From Thermoplasmata archaeon (lineage in GTDB: Archaea > Thermoplasmatota > DTKX01 > DATEUP01), in the NCBI GenBank assembly GCA_041485285.1, contig JBGPJF010000004.1, positions 24,468 through 88,467 of the forward strand: a stretch of 64,000 bases of DNA, written 5' to 3'. This document shows, piece after piece, positions 1-9,217 of this stretch. A program made the translations under genes and the position numbers. Position 1 is the stretch's first letter; every line of letters begins with the position of its first letter. Under the pieces are notes generated by a model. It made no database searches, was not told the DNA's origin, and saw only the letters and a program-made list of their open reading frames with translations.

Positions 1-17
1 TCGTCGCCGACGGCCGC

Positions 18-2300
18 GTGATCCAGGGGCAGCCGCCGGAGGCGGACAAGTTCTTCATCAACGCTGGCGACAACACCTTCTCGCAAGTGGAGGCCGAGGC
101 AGGCCTCAAAGACTGGGGGATCAACAAGGGGTCAGCAGCGGCGGATTTCAACAAGGACGGGACGATGGACCTATGGGTCGCCAATGTCGCCGAGAATTCA
201 TCCCTCTACCGCAATGAGCCCGGACCCAACCATTGGTTTGAGGTATCGCTGACGGGCGTGGCGAGCGTGCGGCAGGGCGTGGGGGCCCGCGTGCTTGTCG
301 GGGCGGGAGGGCGCACCTTCGCGCACCAAGTGATCTTGGGTTCGTCGTACCTCTCACAGGACTCGCTCATCCAGCACTTCGGCATCGGAGGCGCGACCAC
401 GGTCGACCGGCTCACCGTGGAGTGGCCCTCGGGCGCGCGGCAGGAGTTCACCAACCTGAGCGCAGACCAGCTCGTCCACATCACGGAGTACGAGGGGAAC
501 GCTCCCGTGGCGCGGCCCGCGAATGTGACGGGAGACGCGGGCGTGCCGGTCACGCTTGATGGCACCAACTCCACCGATGACACGCGGATCGTTGCGTGGA
601 ATTGGACGTTCTCGGCGCCTTACCCGAACCTTACGCTGAACGGCTCGTCCCCCAAGATCACCTTCTACGACGGCCTCAATTTCACGGGGACGCTGAAGGT
701 GACGGACGCCTTTGGCAATTGGAACGCGGCAAATTTCTCGATCCGAATCCAGCCGGCGGGCCACCCGCTGGTTGACCTAGGGCCCGATCTGGCCGTCAAC
801 CAGAACGACACCGTGACGCTGTCGGCGACGCTGAAGGGGCCCGTGCAGCAGCCCGACTACGCGAACACCACTTTCGAGTGGGTCATCACGGGGCCGGGCG
901 GCCCTTGGGCCCTGTCGGGCCGCAATGTCACGCACACCTTCGTGCTGCCCGGGGTCTACACCGTGCAGGTGAACGCCACCGACCAGTTCGGGCTGTGGGG
1001 CCTCGACGAACTCTTCGTCACGACCGGCGACCCTGAGCCTCCGGTGATCGTGTTCAACCCGCCGGCATCGGTCCCCGAAGACACGCTGTTCACCCTCGAT
1101 GCGTCGCTCACCACCGACAATGACCCGTCGTTCCCGGGGTCCGGGCTCTTCTATTGGCGATTGAACGGCGCGCAGGGGCAATTCGAGATCAACACGGGGG
1201 CGGTGGCGGACTTTACCCTTCGCGACCCCGGCGCCGCGCACTTCGATCTGGAGGTGACGGACGCGTCGGGAAACCTCGCCTCGCGTTCGTTCATCATCGA
1301 GGCCATTGACGGGACGCCGCCGCGCGCCGACGGCGGCTCCGACCGCGTCGTGAGCGCGGGGTCGACCGTGCGCCTCGATGGGACGAACTCGTCGGACAAC
1401 GACCCGTCGCTGCTCGCGCGTGGAACCTTTGAGTGGACGTTCGAAGGCCCCGACGGAGCAAGCCGCGCCTACGGGCCGGTCACGGAGTTCATCGCCCAAA
1501 GCCCCGGCGTGACGCACGTGCACCTGAATGTCCGCGACCCCAGCGGGAACACGGCCGTGCCCGACGATGAGTTCACGATCACGGCGATCGACACGACCGC
1601 GCCCACGTTGCAGCCGCTCCCGGATTACGACGTGACGCTGGGCGACCCGGTGACTTTTGCCGCCGGGAATGTCACCGACAACGACCCGTCGTTCGCGACG
1701 ACGGCGACCTACCTGTGGCAGTTCCGCGACGGGACGGCCTTGATCACCCTTGGGGGGGCGGTCGTGAACCACACGTTCGTTTCGACGGGGGCGTTCCGCG
1801 TCGACATGTCGGTGCGGGATGCCGCCAGCAACTACGCGCGCGGCAACTTCACCGTGCGGGTGAGCGACCGCACGGCGCCGGTGGCGTTGGCCTCCGTCGC
1901 GAACGCGTCGTTCGTGGGGGACAGCGTCGAACTCAACGGCTCGGCGTCCACCGACAATGTGCGCATCGTGAGCTACGTTTGGACCTTTGAGCCCGCGGTG
2001 GAGGTCGAAAAGCTGAACGGAGCGCAGGTCCGTTGGACGTTTACAGCCGCGGGCAATTACACGCTGACGCTGACGGTCGAAGATGCCGCGGGGAACGCGG
2101 CAACCGCGCACTTTGCCATCGAGATCAAGCCGTCCCCGGCGCCCCCGCCGCCGCCCCCGCCCGACCACACCGGCGGAAACCAGTCGCAAGCGCAACCGAC
2201 GGACAACACGGCGCTGTCGGTCGTGGGCGCCGCGCTCGTGCTCGCGGCTGCGGCCGCCGCCGTCATGCTGTTCCGCCGGTGGCGGCGGGAGCAGGCTTAG
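18..2300 (+). CDS. Secreted/cell-surface protein: ASPIC/UnbV-like N-terminal region, multiple PKD-like repeats, poly-Pro linker, C-terminal TM anchor plus RRWRR tail. Probably 5'-truncated by the window edge: the frame is open back to nt 3.
   Basis: Motif 'EWPSGARQEFTNL...VLVGAGGRTFAHQVILGSSYLSQDS' is typical of the UnbV/ASPIC domain. Repeated 'VTLDGTNSTD..DNDPS' PKD-like modules. PPPPPPPD linker, then hydrophobic helix 'ALSVVGAALVLAAAAAAVMLF' followed by RRWRREQA. Confidence 0.6.
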   Translation: MIQGQPPEADKFFINAGDNTFSQVEAEAGLKDWGINKGSAAADFNKDGTMDLWVANVAENSSLYRNEPGPNHWFEVSLTGVASVRQGVGARVLVGAGGRTFAHQVILGSSYLSQDSLIQHFGIGGATTVDRLTVEWPSGARQEFTNLSADQLVHITEYEGNAPVARPANVTGDAGVPVTLDGTNSTDDTRIVAWNWTFSAPYPNLTLNGSSPKITFYDGLNFTGTLKVTDAFGNWNAANFSIRIQPAGHPLVDLGPDLAVNQNDTVTLSATLKGPVQQPDYANTTFEWVITGPGGPWALSGRNVTHTFVLPGVYTVQVNATDQFGLWGLDELFVTTGDPEPPVIVFNPPASVPEDTLFTLDASLTTDNDPSFPGSGLFYWRLNGAQGQFEINTGAVADFTLRDPGAAHFDLEVTDASGNLASRSFIIEAIDGTPPRADGGSDRVVSAGSTVRLDGTNSSDNDPSLLARGTFEWTFEGPDGASRAYGPVTEFIAQSPGVTHVHLNVRDPSGNTAVPDDEFTITAIDTTAPTLQPLPDYDVTLGDPVTFAAGNVTDNDPSFATTATYLWQFRDGTALITLGGAVVNHTFVSTGAFRVDMSVRDAASNYARGNFTVRVSDRTAPVALASVANASFVGDSVELNGSASTDNVRIVSYVWTFEPAVEVEKLNGAQVRWTFTAAGNYTLTLTVEDAAGNAATAHFAIEIKPSPAPPPPPPPDHTGGNQSQAQPTDNTALSVVGAALVLAAAAAAVMLFRRWRREQA

Positions 2301-3519
2301 GGGCAGGCGGCGGGGGCGGGGTGTCGCCCGGCCACAGCGCTTGGCGGCGCAAGATGAGGAAGACGGCCGCAAAGCGCGGGAGCGTATTCGGTCCAGGCGT
2401 GGGCTTGAACTCTTGGCCGCCGAGCGTGAAGGGCTTCGCGTTGGGGGCGGCGTTGACCTTGATGGGTTCATCGTCGAGCGCGACCGCATCGACAAGCGGG
2501 TCGAAGGCATCGAGCTTGTCGCGCGTGAGTGGCACGGCGCGCAGGCCGGACTTGCCGTGGAGGGAGCCGGGCGCGCGGATGAGGCGCTTCACGTCAGACG
2601 AAACGGGCTCGTCGCACCAGCCCTTCAGGCGGTTGAGGTGGTGGGCGAACAGGTGGCGGTAGGTCCCGGACCCGACGCCCACATGGATGTCGGCGACGCC
2701 TTGCGCGACCGACGCGATGCGGCTCGCAACGGACTGCGGGTTGCCTTCGAGCGCCTCGACGAGCGCCTTCGACTCCTTGGAGGCGATGCCAGTCGCTTCC
2801 GAGAGGTCCTTGGCCTTTTCGGTCGCCGGGCGCGTGTCGGCCGCGATCGCCTTGAACTGCTCCACCGTGGCGCGGGCAAGCCGCCCGCCCCAACCCCCCG
2901 CCTCGGACGACGAAATGCGCACGGACTTGATGGGGCGGCCAAACTTTCCCTCGACGGCTGCTTCGCCAACGAAGTCGTCGACCTCCGTCTTGCCCGTGAT
3001 GTAGTCGACAATCTCTCGGCGCATGGGCGAGGTCAGTTGCCGCACGCGCGGGTCGCGCACATGGCAGTGGTAGCCGCGGCTGCCCGAGAACACGAGGTGG
3101 AGATCCCGTTGCGCGTAGCCGAGATCCCCTACAAGGAACTCATCGACAAGCAGCTTGAACTTCACCTTGACCGCGGCGAGCATCTCGCCATACGACATCT
3201 TGTCGGCGCCTTCGAGGTGATCCGCATCGAGGTCGAAGATCAGGTCCGCGCCGACCCACCCCTTCTCGCCCATCGTGTGGGCGTTGGGGTGGTCGTAGTA
3301 GGCCGTCGAGTGGTAGACATGGGCCGGCGGCCGGCGCACCAGGTCGAGTTTCAGGAGGTCGGGAGAAGCGAACCCCAGGTGCCGGCGGAAGAAGGTCTCG
3401 TTGTGGTAAAGGAACCCGAATTCCCGCTGCTGGAAGCCCGCGGGCGGGGGGAGCGCGTGCTTCGCGTAATAGCCCTTGAACGATTCGTTCAGGAACGCCC
3501 AGGTCCGCTCCATCCCCAT
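2263..3519 (-). CDS. priS: DNA primase small (catalytic) subunit PriS
   Basis: Archaeo-eukaryotic primase motifs ('DLIFDLDADH', 'SGSRGYHCHV'). Its start overlaps the priL stop (ATG at 3517-3519, priL stop at 3521-3523), indicating a coupled operon. Confidence 0.85.
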   Translation of the reverse strand: MGMERTWAFLNESFKGYYAKHALPPPAGFQQREFGFLYHNETFFRRHLGFASPDLLKLDLVRRPPAHVYHSTAYYDHPNAHTMGEKGWVGADLIFDLDADHLEGADKMSYGEMLAAVKVKFKLLVDEFLVGDLGYAQRDLHLVFSGSRGYHCHVRDPRVRQLTSPMRREIVDYITGKTEVDDFVGEAAVEGKFGRPIKSVRISSSEAGGWGGRLARATVEQFKAIAADTRPATEKAKDLSEATGIASKESKALVEALEGNPQSVASRIASVAQGVADIHVGVGSGTYRHLFAHHLNRLKGWCDEPVSSDVKRLIRAPGSLHGKSGLRAVPLTRDKLDAFDPLVDAVALDDEPIKVNAAPNAKPFTLGGQEFKPTPGPNTLPRFAAVFLILRRQALWPGDTPPPPPAPKPAPAATGGTA

Positions 3520-3520
3520 C

Positions 3521-4627
3521 TCAATCGCCGTCCTTCTTTTCGCCCTTCGGCGCAGGCGGCGGCAGTTTGCCCGAGAGGCGGAGCCGCTTGCGGTAGTAGT
3601 TCAGGGGGTGGTTGATGGTCTCGCAGAGCTTGTCGGGGTTGAAGCAGATCCCGTACGTTTTCATCGTCGAGCACATCGGCGGCGTGTACTCGGTGCCCGA
3701 GATCTCCCCGATGATGTGCTGGATCTGGTACATCGACTTCGAGATGTTGAAGTCGGGCCACCTCGAGAAAAGCGAGATGAGGCCCTCCTTGTCGTAGCCG
3801 ATGGTGTGGAGGAAGGCGACCATGGTGAAGCGGCCCATGTGGGGGACGTTCTCGCTCTTGCCTGTCATCTCCATGAGGTGCTTGATGCACGGGGGGAACG
3901 ATTCTTCGTCAAGGACGCCGCCGGCCCCCTCGAACCGGGCCCGCGCCTCCTTTACGATTCCCGCAAGGCGCTCTGCGTCGACCTGCACTTTTTCGTAAAG
4001 CATCTCCGAGATTCGAAGCGGGATTTCGGAGTTCAGTTTGAAGCGGAAGGCCTCTTCGAGGATGCGGAACGCCTTGTCGCGCTCGAGGCGGACCATGCCC
4101 TTCTGCAGGTCTTGGTGGATGAGCACCCAATTCTTGTCCCCGATCATCGAGGCGATCTTGAGGTAGTCCGCGAAGTGGAGCCCGATGCGGCCGTCCTCGA
4201 TCTCGGCGAACTCGACGCCGAGGTAGTCGAGCACCTTGCGCACGCCGGGGGCGACCTCCGCTTGGTTGGCACCGCGGCGCGGGCCTTCCTGGGCGTTGAG
4301 GCGCTTGAGCCGCTTCTCGAGCATTTTGGCCTCGAACAGGCAGTACTTCTTCGTGAGGTAGGAATCGTTCACGGCGGAAACGAGGATGCGCGCGTAGAGG
4401 TAGGAAAGCACCTCTTCGAGCAGGTCGCGCTCGCGCCCGCCCGAGGAGAAGTCGGCGATCTCCTCGCCGCTTAGCGCCGCGTCGACCCGCGCCCACCCGC
4501 GCTTGCGGTCGCGCTCGAAGTTGCGGTTGGACACGAGGTCCTCGAGGGAGACTTCGTATTTCTGGGCGACTTCCCTGCCTTCCGGCAGGAACGGGAACAT
4601 CGCCCCGATTTCGAGCGCGCTTGCCAT
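3521..4627 (-). CDS. priL: DNA primase large subunit PriL
   Basis: Full-length similarity to archaeal PriL. The C-terminal Fe-S cysteine cluster region is present ('PPCIKHLM...CSTMKTYGICF...C'). Confidence 0.85.
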   Translation of the reverse strand: MASALEIGAMFPFLPEGREVAQKYEVSLEDLVSNRNFERDRKRGWARVDAALSGEEIADFSSGGRERDLLEEVLSYLYARILVSAVNDSYLTKKYCLFEAKMLEKRLKRLNAQEGPRRGANQAEVAPGVRKVLDYLGVEFAEIEDGRIGLHFADYLKIASMIGDKNWVLIHQDLQKGMVRLERDKAFRILEEAFRFKLNSEIPLRISEMLYEKVQVDAERLAGIVKEARARFEGAGGVLDEESFPPCIKHLMEMTGKSENVPHMGRFTMVAFLHTIGYDKEGLISLFSRWPDFNISKSMYQIQHIIGEISGTEYTPPMCSTMKTYGICFNPDKLCETINHPLNYYRKRLRLSGKLPPPAPKGEKKDGD

Positions 4628-4774
4628 CTCGCGCTCATCGAGCGGGAGCCGAAATAAGCCTTCGCTGGGGGGGAGTGAAAGCGTCCTGAACGGCCGGGGA
4701 GAGCGCCGCCCTTATCTCCTTTCCGGGCGTGTTGGCATCGGCGGCGGCATGGAAGTGCGATCGGGGGATGGGGA

Positions 4775-5473
4775 GTGAGCGGAACCAGGCAGCCCCCCTT
4801 GGCGGAGGGGCCACCCGACGACGAGGGAATCTCGGCCACTTTGTTGGTCGCGGTGGTTGTGGCCTCAGCTGTGGAGTTTTCGATCTCCTTCGCTTACTGC
4901 TTCGATCCAACGTTCCCGCGAATGGACCTATGGGTTCTTTCCATTTGGTTCCCCGCGGGCGCGGGTGTGGCGATCTTTCGGCCAAGGATGGTCCGAGAGC
5001 CCGCCGCCGGAGCAACGGCCCCGCGCATCCGTGGCCGACCACGATGGTCGGGGATGTGGCTCGCGACCATGTGGATGGTGGGTGCGCTGCTGCTCTCGAC
5101 GCCGAAGTCGCATTTCTCGATTGGCCTGGCGCTTCTTGCAGGTGTCTTCGGATCTTGCGGGATTGCCGTGGGGTGGGCGCTGCGGCCGACCGAGGTCCTC
5201 CTCCGCGACGATGGGATCAGCCTCCTCACCAACGGCCGGCTCTCGTGGGCCTTCCCGTGGTCGGAGGTCACGACAATTCGGAAGGGCGGATCGGTGATCG
5301 TGGGCCCAAAGGGCGCACCCGTACAGCAACCTTGGATCGACATCGAGCGCGGGGACGGGAAATCGGGAAGAATCTACGGGGAGCGCCTTCCGCGCGCGAC
5401 CTTCGAAACAGTCCTGACTCTCCTGAGGGCCGAGGCCCGAAACCGCCCGCACATAAAATGGATCGAGAAGTAG
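4775..5473 (+). CDS. Hypothetical membrane protein: two or three N-terminal TM helices plus a bPH-like soluble domain
   Basis: Hydrophobic segments 'LLVAVVVASAV', 'LWVLSIWFPAGAGVAIF', 'MWMVGALLLS', 'LALLAGVFGSCGIAVGWAL'. Sits between priL and pcn on the opposite strand. No recognisable family. Confidence 0.4.
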   Translation: MSGTRQPPLAEGPPDDEGISATLLVAVVVASAVEFSISFAYCFDPTFPRMDLWVLSIWFPAGAGVAIFRPRMVREPAAGATAPRIRGRPRWSGMWLATMWMVGALLLSTPKSHFSIGLALLAGVFGSCGIAVGWALRPTEVLLRDDGISLLTNGRLSWAFPWSEVTTIRKGGSVIVGPKGAPVQQPWIDIERGDGKSGRIYGERLPRATFETVLTLLRAEARNRPHIKWIEK

Positions 5474-5547
5474 CTGGCGCGCACTTCCTAATGACAGGAC
5501 CGAGCGTATGGCGGCGGGGCCGAACCCCCGGGGGGTGCGCAACCCGC

Positions 5548-6288
5548 CTATTCGCTCTCAATCCTCGGCGCGAGCAGGTACATGACTTGCCCGTCGCCCT
5601 CGGCGATCTTGAACTCGACACGGACGGGGTAATCATTTCCGAGGTTCAGCGTGACATCCTGCCCGGGCGGGATGGCGCGGATCATGTTGGAGAAGTAATC
5701 CAGCGAAAACAGCGATCGGGCCGTCTCCTTGGCCTCGAGCGACTTGAGCAGGTCCTTCTTGAGTTTCAGCGAGACCGAGTCCGTGTCGCCTTCGCAGGCA
5801 AGCTCGAAGCCGTCGGCAGCGACCTTGAGCGAGATGTGGTCGCTCACGGACTCCGAGGCGCGGATGCCTTGGCCGAGGTCGTCGACCGCAAGGGTGACCT
5901 TGGCGGGGTAGGTGAGGTTCGGCACTTTCGGGTCGCTCATGCCGGTCGTGTCGACAAGCGACATCCGCCTTGTGATGTTGGCGATGTTGAGGACGAGCTT
6001 GTTCTGGTCTTCGTTGTGCTCCATCGAGAGGATGTCGCCGGCCTTGGCGAGCTTCAGGACGTCCTTGAGCTTCTCGATGTCGATGCCAAGCTCGCCTGAG
6101 GTGGCCTTCAGCTCCTCGAAGGCGTCCTTGGAGAGCTTCAGTTCGACCATGGCGACGTGGGCGGGGTCGACGGCCTTGAGCGAGATGCCGTCTTGGCCAA
6201 CCCCCAGCTTGACTTCGTCGACGAGGGTCGAAACGACGTTGATGATCTCTTTCAGGATGTCCGCCTTCACTTTCGCCTTAAACGCCAT
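5548..6288 (-). CDS. pcn: DNA polymerase sliding clamp PCNA. The true start is the internal ATG at 6286-6288; the track ORF is extended upstream to 6834.
   Basis: Sequence 'MAFKAKVKADILKEIINVVSTLVDEVKLGVGQDGISLKAVDPAHVAMVELKL...' is a classic archaeal PCNA of about 246 aa. TATA-like 'gaatatgaatataagg' lies 35-45 nt upstream. Confidence 0.9.
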   Translation of the reverse strand: MAFKAKVKADILKEIINVVSTLVDEVKLGVGQDGISLKAVDPAHVAMVELKLSKDAFEELKATSGELGIDIEKLKDVLKLAKAGDILSMEHNEDQNKLVLNIANITRRMSLVDTTGMSDPKVPNLTYPAKVTLAVDDLGQGIRASESVSDHISLKVAADGFELACEGDTDSVSLKLKKDLLKSLEAKETARSLFSLDYFSNMIRAIPPGQDVTLNLGNDYPVRVEFKIAEGDGQVMYLLAPRIESE

Positions 6289-6414
6289 ATCCAGACCTCG
6301 TGACTTCGCCCCGATTGGCGAATATGAATATAAGGGGTGCGGGGGGGCGAGCGAACGCTGGGTGGGGCGAGCATTTTTGGGGGCGCTCCGCGTGGCGCGG
6401 TCGCGGTGAGTGGA

Positions 6415-6873
6415 ATGGTCGATGTTGGAACCAAGGCGCCGGACTTCACGCTGAAGGACCACGCGGGCAAGTCGGTGAAGCTTTCGGACTACAAGGGCAA
6501 GAAAGTGGTGCTGTATTTTTACCCGAAGGACTTCACGAGCGGCTGCACGAAGGAGTCGTGCGACTTCCGCGACCGGTCGGGCGAGTTCAAGAACACAGTG
6601 ATCCTCGGCGTGTCGAGCGACAGCGTGGACAGCCACGAAGACTTCCGCCACAAGTACAACCTGCCGTTCCAGCTGCTGTCGGACCCGGAGCAGGAAGTGC
6701 AGAAGAAGTATGGAGTGTGGGGGGAGAAGGCGATGTACGGGCGGAAATACATGGGGACCGTCAGGACGACGTACCTGATTGGGCCGGATGGGAAGGTTGC
6801 CAAGGCGTGGGACAGGGTCAAGGTGGATGGGCACGTGGATGAGGTGCTAGAGGCCGCAAAGGCCCTTGGGTGA
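6415..6873 (+). CDS. bcp: Thiol peroxidase / peroxiredoxin Bcp (AhpC/TSA family)
   Basis: Sequence 'APDFTLKDHAGKSVKLSDYKGKKVVLYFYPKDFTSGCTKESCDFRD' carries the peroxidatic Cys in an FTxGCT context. Start taken at the internal Met of 'MVDVGTKAPDF'. Confidence 0.85.
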   Translation: MVDVGTKAPDFTLKDHAGKSVKLSDYKGKKVVLYFYPKDFTSGCTKESCDFRDRSGEFKNTVILGVSSDSVDSHEDFRHKYNLPFQLLSDPEQEVQKKYGVWGEKAMYGRKYMGTVRTTYLIGPDGKVAKAWDRVKVDGHVDEVLEAAKALG

Positions 6874-7169
6874 GCGGGTGGGGTGAGCCCCAATTGAACG
6901 CCCCCCTCCAAATGCTCCCAAGGCCGGGACAATTGCGCGAACGCCGCGCCGTGACAGGGGCTATCCTGATCGCGACGGGCACGGGGTTCCTCTTTCTTGC
7001 CGCGTTTTTCTTCGTGGTGAGCTTCGGCACCATGTTCGACAGGTCGCAGGTTTCACAGATCTCGGGCGGGCTGATGTTCGTCGCCGGAACCGCAGGCTTC
7101 GGATTCCTCATCACGGGCATTGTTCACACCCTGAAGGGCGCCGTAACACGGAGGGACGCCGACCTTTAG
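6870..7169 (+). CDS. Small membrane protein (paralog A)
   Basis: Two TM helices. The C-terminal motif '...SQVSQISGGLMFVAGTAGFGFLITGIVHTLKGAVTRR' is shared with the ORF at 7375-7578. Confidence 0.4.
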   Translation: MSGWGEPQLNAPLQMLPRPGQLRERRAVTGAILIATGTGFLFLAAFFFVVSFGTMFDRSQVSQISGGLMFVAGTAGFGFLITGIVHTLKGAVTRRDADL

Positions 7170-7374
7170 GCCCGCCCGCGTTTGGTACCCGACGGAATTG
7201 TGCAGGGTCCGCGCCGCTGGCCGCAAGAACCATCATCAAGGCCGTTCAAGGCCACCAATCGTGGCGCCGCTTGTCGAACGAAGTGCACAGCGCCCCTTGA
7301 AGGGAGCGGGCGTTCGTGGCCCATCGCGGGGAAGGGTTTTACGCCGGGATCGGATACAGGTCGGCTGCTACATC

Positions 7375-7578
7375 ATGAGCCTATCGCTTCTCACTTGGCT
7401 CACCGGATTCGAGTTGCTGGATGCTTCGATCGATTGGTCATTCGCGCCACCCACGCCGTCTCAAGTGCTTCAAGGACAGGCGGGAGTTGCGCTCCTCTTC
7501 ATCGGCTTGATCTTGTTGCCCGTGGGGCTGGTGCACTTCTTGAGGGGAGTTGCCACACGCGCGGGCGGGGCGACTTAA
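7375..7578 (+). CDS. Small membrane protein (paralog B of 6870-7169)
   Basis: Sequence 'MSLSLLTWL...PSQVLQGQAGVALLFIGLILLPVGLVHFLRGVATRAG' aligns with the tail of paralog A (SQV.Q..G......G...GIVH.LKG..TR). Confidence 0.4.
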   Translation: MSLSLLTWLTGFELLDASIDWSFAPPTPSQVLQGQAGVALLFIGLILLPVGLVHFLRGVATRAGGAT

Positions 7579-7599
7579 ACGGTGCGAATCAACTTGAGC

Positions 7600-7700
7600 T
7601 CGGCCAATAAAGTGGGCACTAGTCCTACTCTCCCCACCGGTGCTCGCATCACACGCAGCTGGAGAGCCTGGTCTCCGGCTCATGCGGGCCCCGCGGTTGC
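7600..7700 (-). pseudogene. Degenerate third copy of the tfs 3' end (zinc-ribbon coding fragment), interrupted by in-frame stops
   Basis: Minus-strand translation gives '...PETRLSSCV*CEHRWGE*', compared with intact TFS '...PETRFYICVKCEHRWRENQ*'. The nucleotide motif 'ctc(t/c)ccaccggtgctcgca' is shared with 8075-8135 and 9222-9280. Confidence 0.45.
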
Positions 7701-7718
7701 ACGATCAGCCCTTACGGC

Positions 7719-8045
7719 TCATCGACGCCCTACTTCGGCCGCGTCGTCTTGCCCTTGGGGAGGGCCCTCGGCGCTTTTTTTTGCCGACGAGGAAACGTTT
7801 GTTCGGGGCGCTCGGCGCCGTTTCTCGGTCGGCCCTGCCCCCTCGGCCGCCCGACGGGCGTCGAGTGATGCGCGGAATTCGTTGAGCTGTTCCCAAAGCG
7901 AATCTTGGTCCGGCATGAAAGGAACCCCGTGGGCTTTCATTTCGTCGAGGAACTCCCACAAGCTGAGGCCCGCGGCGTGTGCGCACCATTGTGCGCTCGC
8001 CTCGCGGAGCTGGTACGTGCGCAGGGCGGCCTTAAGCGACATCAT
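7719..8045 (-). CDS. UPF0175-family (antitoxin-like) protein. This is an orphan and divergent copy: only the C-terminal core is present, with no cognate PIN partner.
   Basis: Sequence 'MMSLKAALRTYQLREASAQWCAHAAGLSLWEFLDEMKAHGVPFMPDQDSLWEQLNEFRASL' is about 55% identical to the core of the 8788-9136 product. The track ORF (7719-8240) extends upstream through the tfs fragment in another frame. Start taken at the tandem Met at 8045. Confidence 0.45.
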   Translation of the reverse strand: MMSLKAALRTYQLREASAQWCAHAAGLSLWEFLDEMKAHGVPFMPDQDSLWEQLNEFRASLDARRAAEGAGPTEKRRRAPRTNVSSSAKKSAEGPPQGQDDAAEVGRR

Positions 8046-8074
8046 TGGTTCAGCCTCGGCCGGCCCCGTCACGA

Positions 8075-8200
8075 TTACTGATTCTCTCTCCACCGGTGCT
8101 CGCACTTCACGCAGATGTAGAACCTCGTCTCCGGCCCGTCCGCGCCGCGCGTCTGCTGCATCATCCAGTGGGCCTCGTTGATGGAGCACTTCGTACCCAC
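8075..8200 (-). pseudogene. Second, well-preserved but start-less copy of the tfs 3' end (TFS C-terminal zinc-ribbon fragment)
   Basis: Minus-strand frame reads '(TAG)NLPPSHKVGTKCSINEAHWMMQQTRGADGPETRFYICVKCEHRWRENQ*', compared with TFS '...KTMCPKCSFNEAYWMMQQTRGADEPETRFYICVKCEHRWRENQ*'. The first Cys of the ribbon is lost and a stop sits directly upstream. About 85-90% nt identity to 9218-9345 over about 120 bp. Confidence 0.6.
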
Positions 8201-8303
8201 TTTGTGCGACGGAGGCAGATTCTACGGACGCCGCTGGCAACGCCTCTTTGCGCCCCCCATCGACAAGCGTCCATCCAAAGAGCGCACCGGCCGGCCGGAG
8301 CGT

Positions 8304-8810
8304 TCACCTGCGCGCCGCCTTCTCGCCCATCGCGACCAGGTCAAGGAAAAGCGCCGTGCTGATATGATAATCGAGTGCGAGGAGCTTGTCGAGCAGCGCC
8401 CGGAATTGGCCAAGTTCAATTCGGCCCAAAGCCACGTTGTCAAGGAGCACGAAGGGCGTCGATCGGATGGGCAAGCCGAGGTGCTTCGCCGCGCGGATTG
8501 CGTCGCCGTCGTCGATCACAGCGGTCGCGCCGGAGACCGCCCCGGCAAGGGCGATGACGCTGAGTTCGCCAGGGCCCAACACCGGCGGGGGGAGGCGGAG
8601 AGGAGGGGGTTCTCGGACCTCGATGGTGCGGGCGTCGATGAGCCGGCGAACGGCCAATGCTTCGCGGTAGCCCTTGCCCATCCCCGCTTCCACTTCGGCC
8701 AGCACCTGCGGCGTCGTGAGGATGGGGCGGAAGATACCGAGCGCGTCTAGGGTGCCGAGCTTGGCCATGAAGATCAGCGGCGACGCGTTAACGACGGCGG
8801 CGGCCATGGG
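8304..8810 (-). CDS. PIN-like nuclease domain protein (COG2405/DUF3368-type), probable toxin of a UPF0175 toxin-antitoxin pair
   Basis: Sequence 'MAAAVVNASPLIFMAKLGTLDAL...GELSVIALA...AVIDDGDAIRAAKHLGLPIRSTPFVLLD' has the DUF3368/PIN-like organisation. Its start (8810) overlaps the 3' end of the upstream UPF0175 gene (8788) by about 22 nt. Confidence 0.6.
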   Translation of the reverse strand, partial: PMAAAVVNASPLIFMAKLGTLDALGIFRPILTTPQVLAEVEAGMGKGYREALAVRRLIDARTIEVREPPPLRLPPPVLGPGELSVIALAGAVSGATAVIDDGDAIRAAKHLGLPIRSTPFVLLDNVALGRIELGQFRALLDKLLALDYHISTALFLDLVAMGEKAARR

Positions 8811-9136
8811 TGTGCTCCTTTTCCAATTTCTCGCGGAACTCGGCGAGCTGCTCGCGCATAAGGTCTTCGTCCGTCCGGAAGGGGACGCCACGCGCTTTCA
8901 ATTCGTCGAGAAACTCCCAGAGGCTGATGCCCGCCTGGTGGGCGGCTCCCCCGAAGCTGGCCTCCCCACGCTGGTACTGGAGCACTGCCTCGTCCGTGAG
9001 CACCTCGCGCACGCCCTTGTCGAGAGCCCGCCGTATCAGCGAGGACCGCTCCACCTTGAGGCGCTTGGCCGCCTCGGTGAGACGGTCCAGATCCTCGGCG
9101 GGGATCCGGATGGTCGTTATGCGCGCGGCTGCCACG
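8788..9136 (-). CDS. UPF0175-family antitoxin-like protein (ribbon-helix-helix-like N-terminus plus UPF0175 core)
   Basis: Sequence 'ITTIRIPAEDLDRLTEAAKRLKVERSSLIRRALDKGVREVLTDEAVLQYQRGEASFGGAAHQAGISLWEFLDELKARGVPF' matches the family. Putative GTG start at 9134-9136 lies about 24 nt downstream of an AT-rich TATA-like box ('gaattaata', plus strand 9157-9166). The track ORF is extended to 9282, into tfs. Confidence 0.6.
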
Positions 9137-9156
9137 GCGAATACGTACCTGTCTAC

Positions 9157-9166
9157 CGTATTAATT
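9157..9166 (-). promoter_or_regulatory. TATA-box-like element for the UPF0175/PIN operon, probably driving a leaderless transcript
   Basis: AT-rich 'AATTAATA' (minus-strand sense) in otherwise GC-rich DNA, about 24 nt upstream of the GTG start. Confidence 0.35.
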
Positions 9167-9217
9167 CTATCCTCGACTGCTCCGCCCGCAGGGGGCGCGC
9201 AACGATCGGGAGGTCGC

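Noticed and set aside
777-2510. 577-aa minus-strand ORF overlapping the PKD surface protein gene and priS
   Set aside because: Arg/Gly-rich nonsense translation antisense to a well-supported CDS; a GC artefact.
8078-8165. A 29-aa zinc-ribbon micro-ORF (MMQQTRGADGPETRFYICVKCEHRWRENQ) in tfs fragment 2, as a functional TFS4-like inhibitor peptide
   Set aside because: It lacks the first Cys pair of the ribbon and any N-terminal domain, has no obvious promoter or RBS, and a third copy is clearly decaying. Most parsimoniously it is an attachment-site or duplication remnant. It is kept only as a caveat in finding 1.
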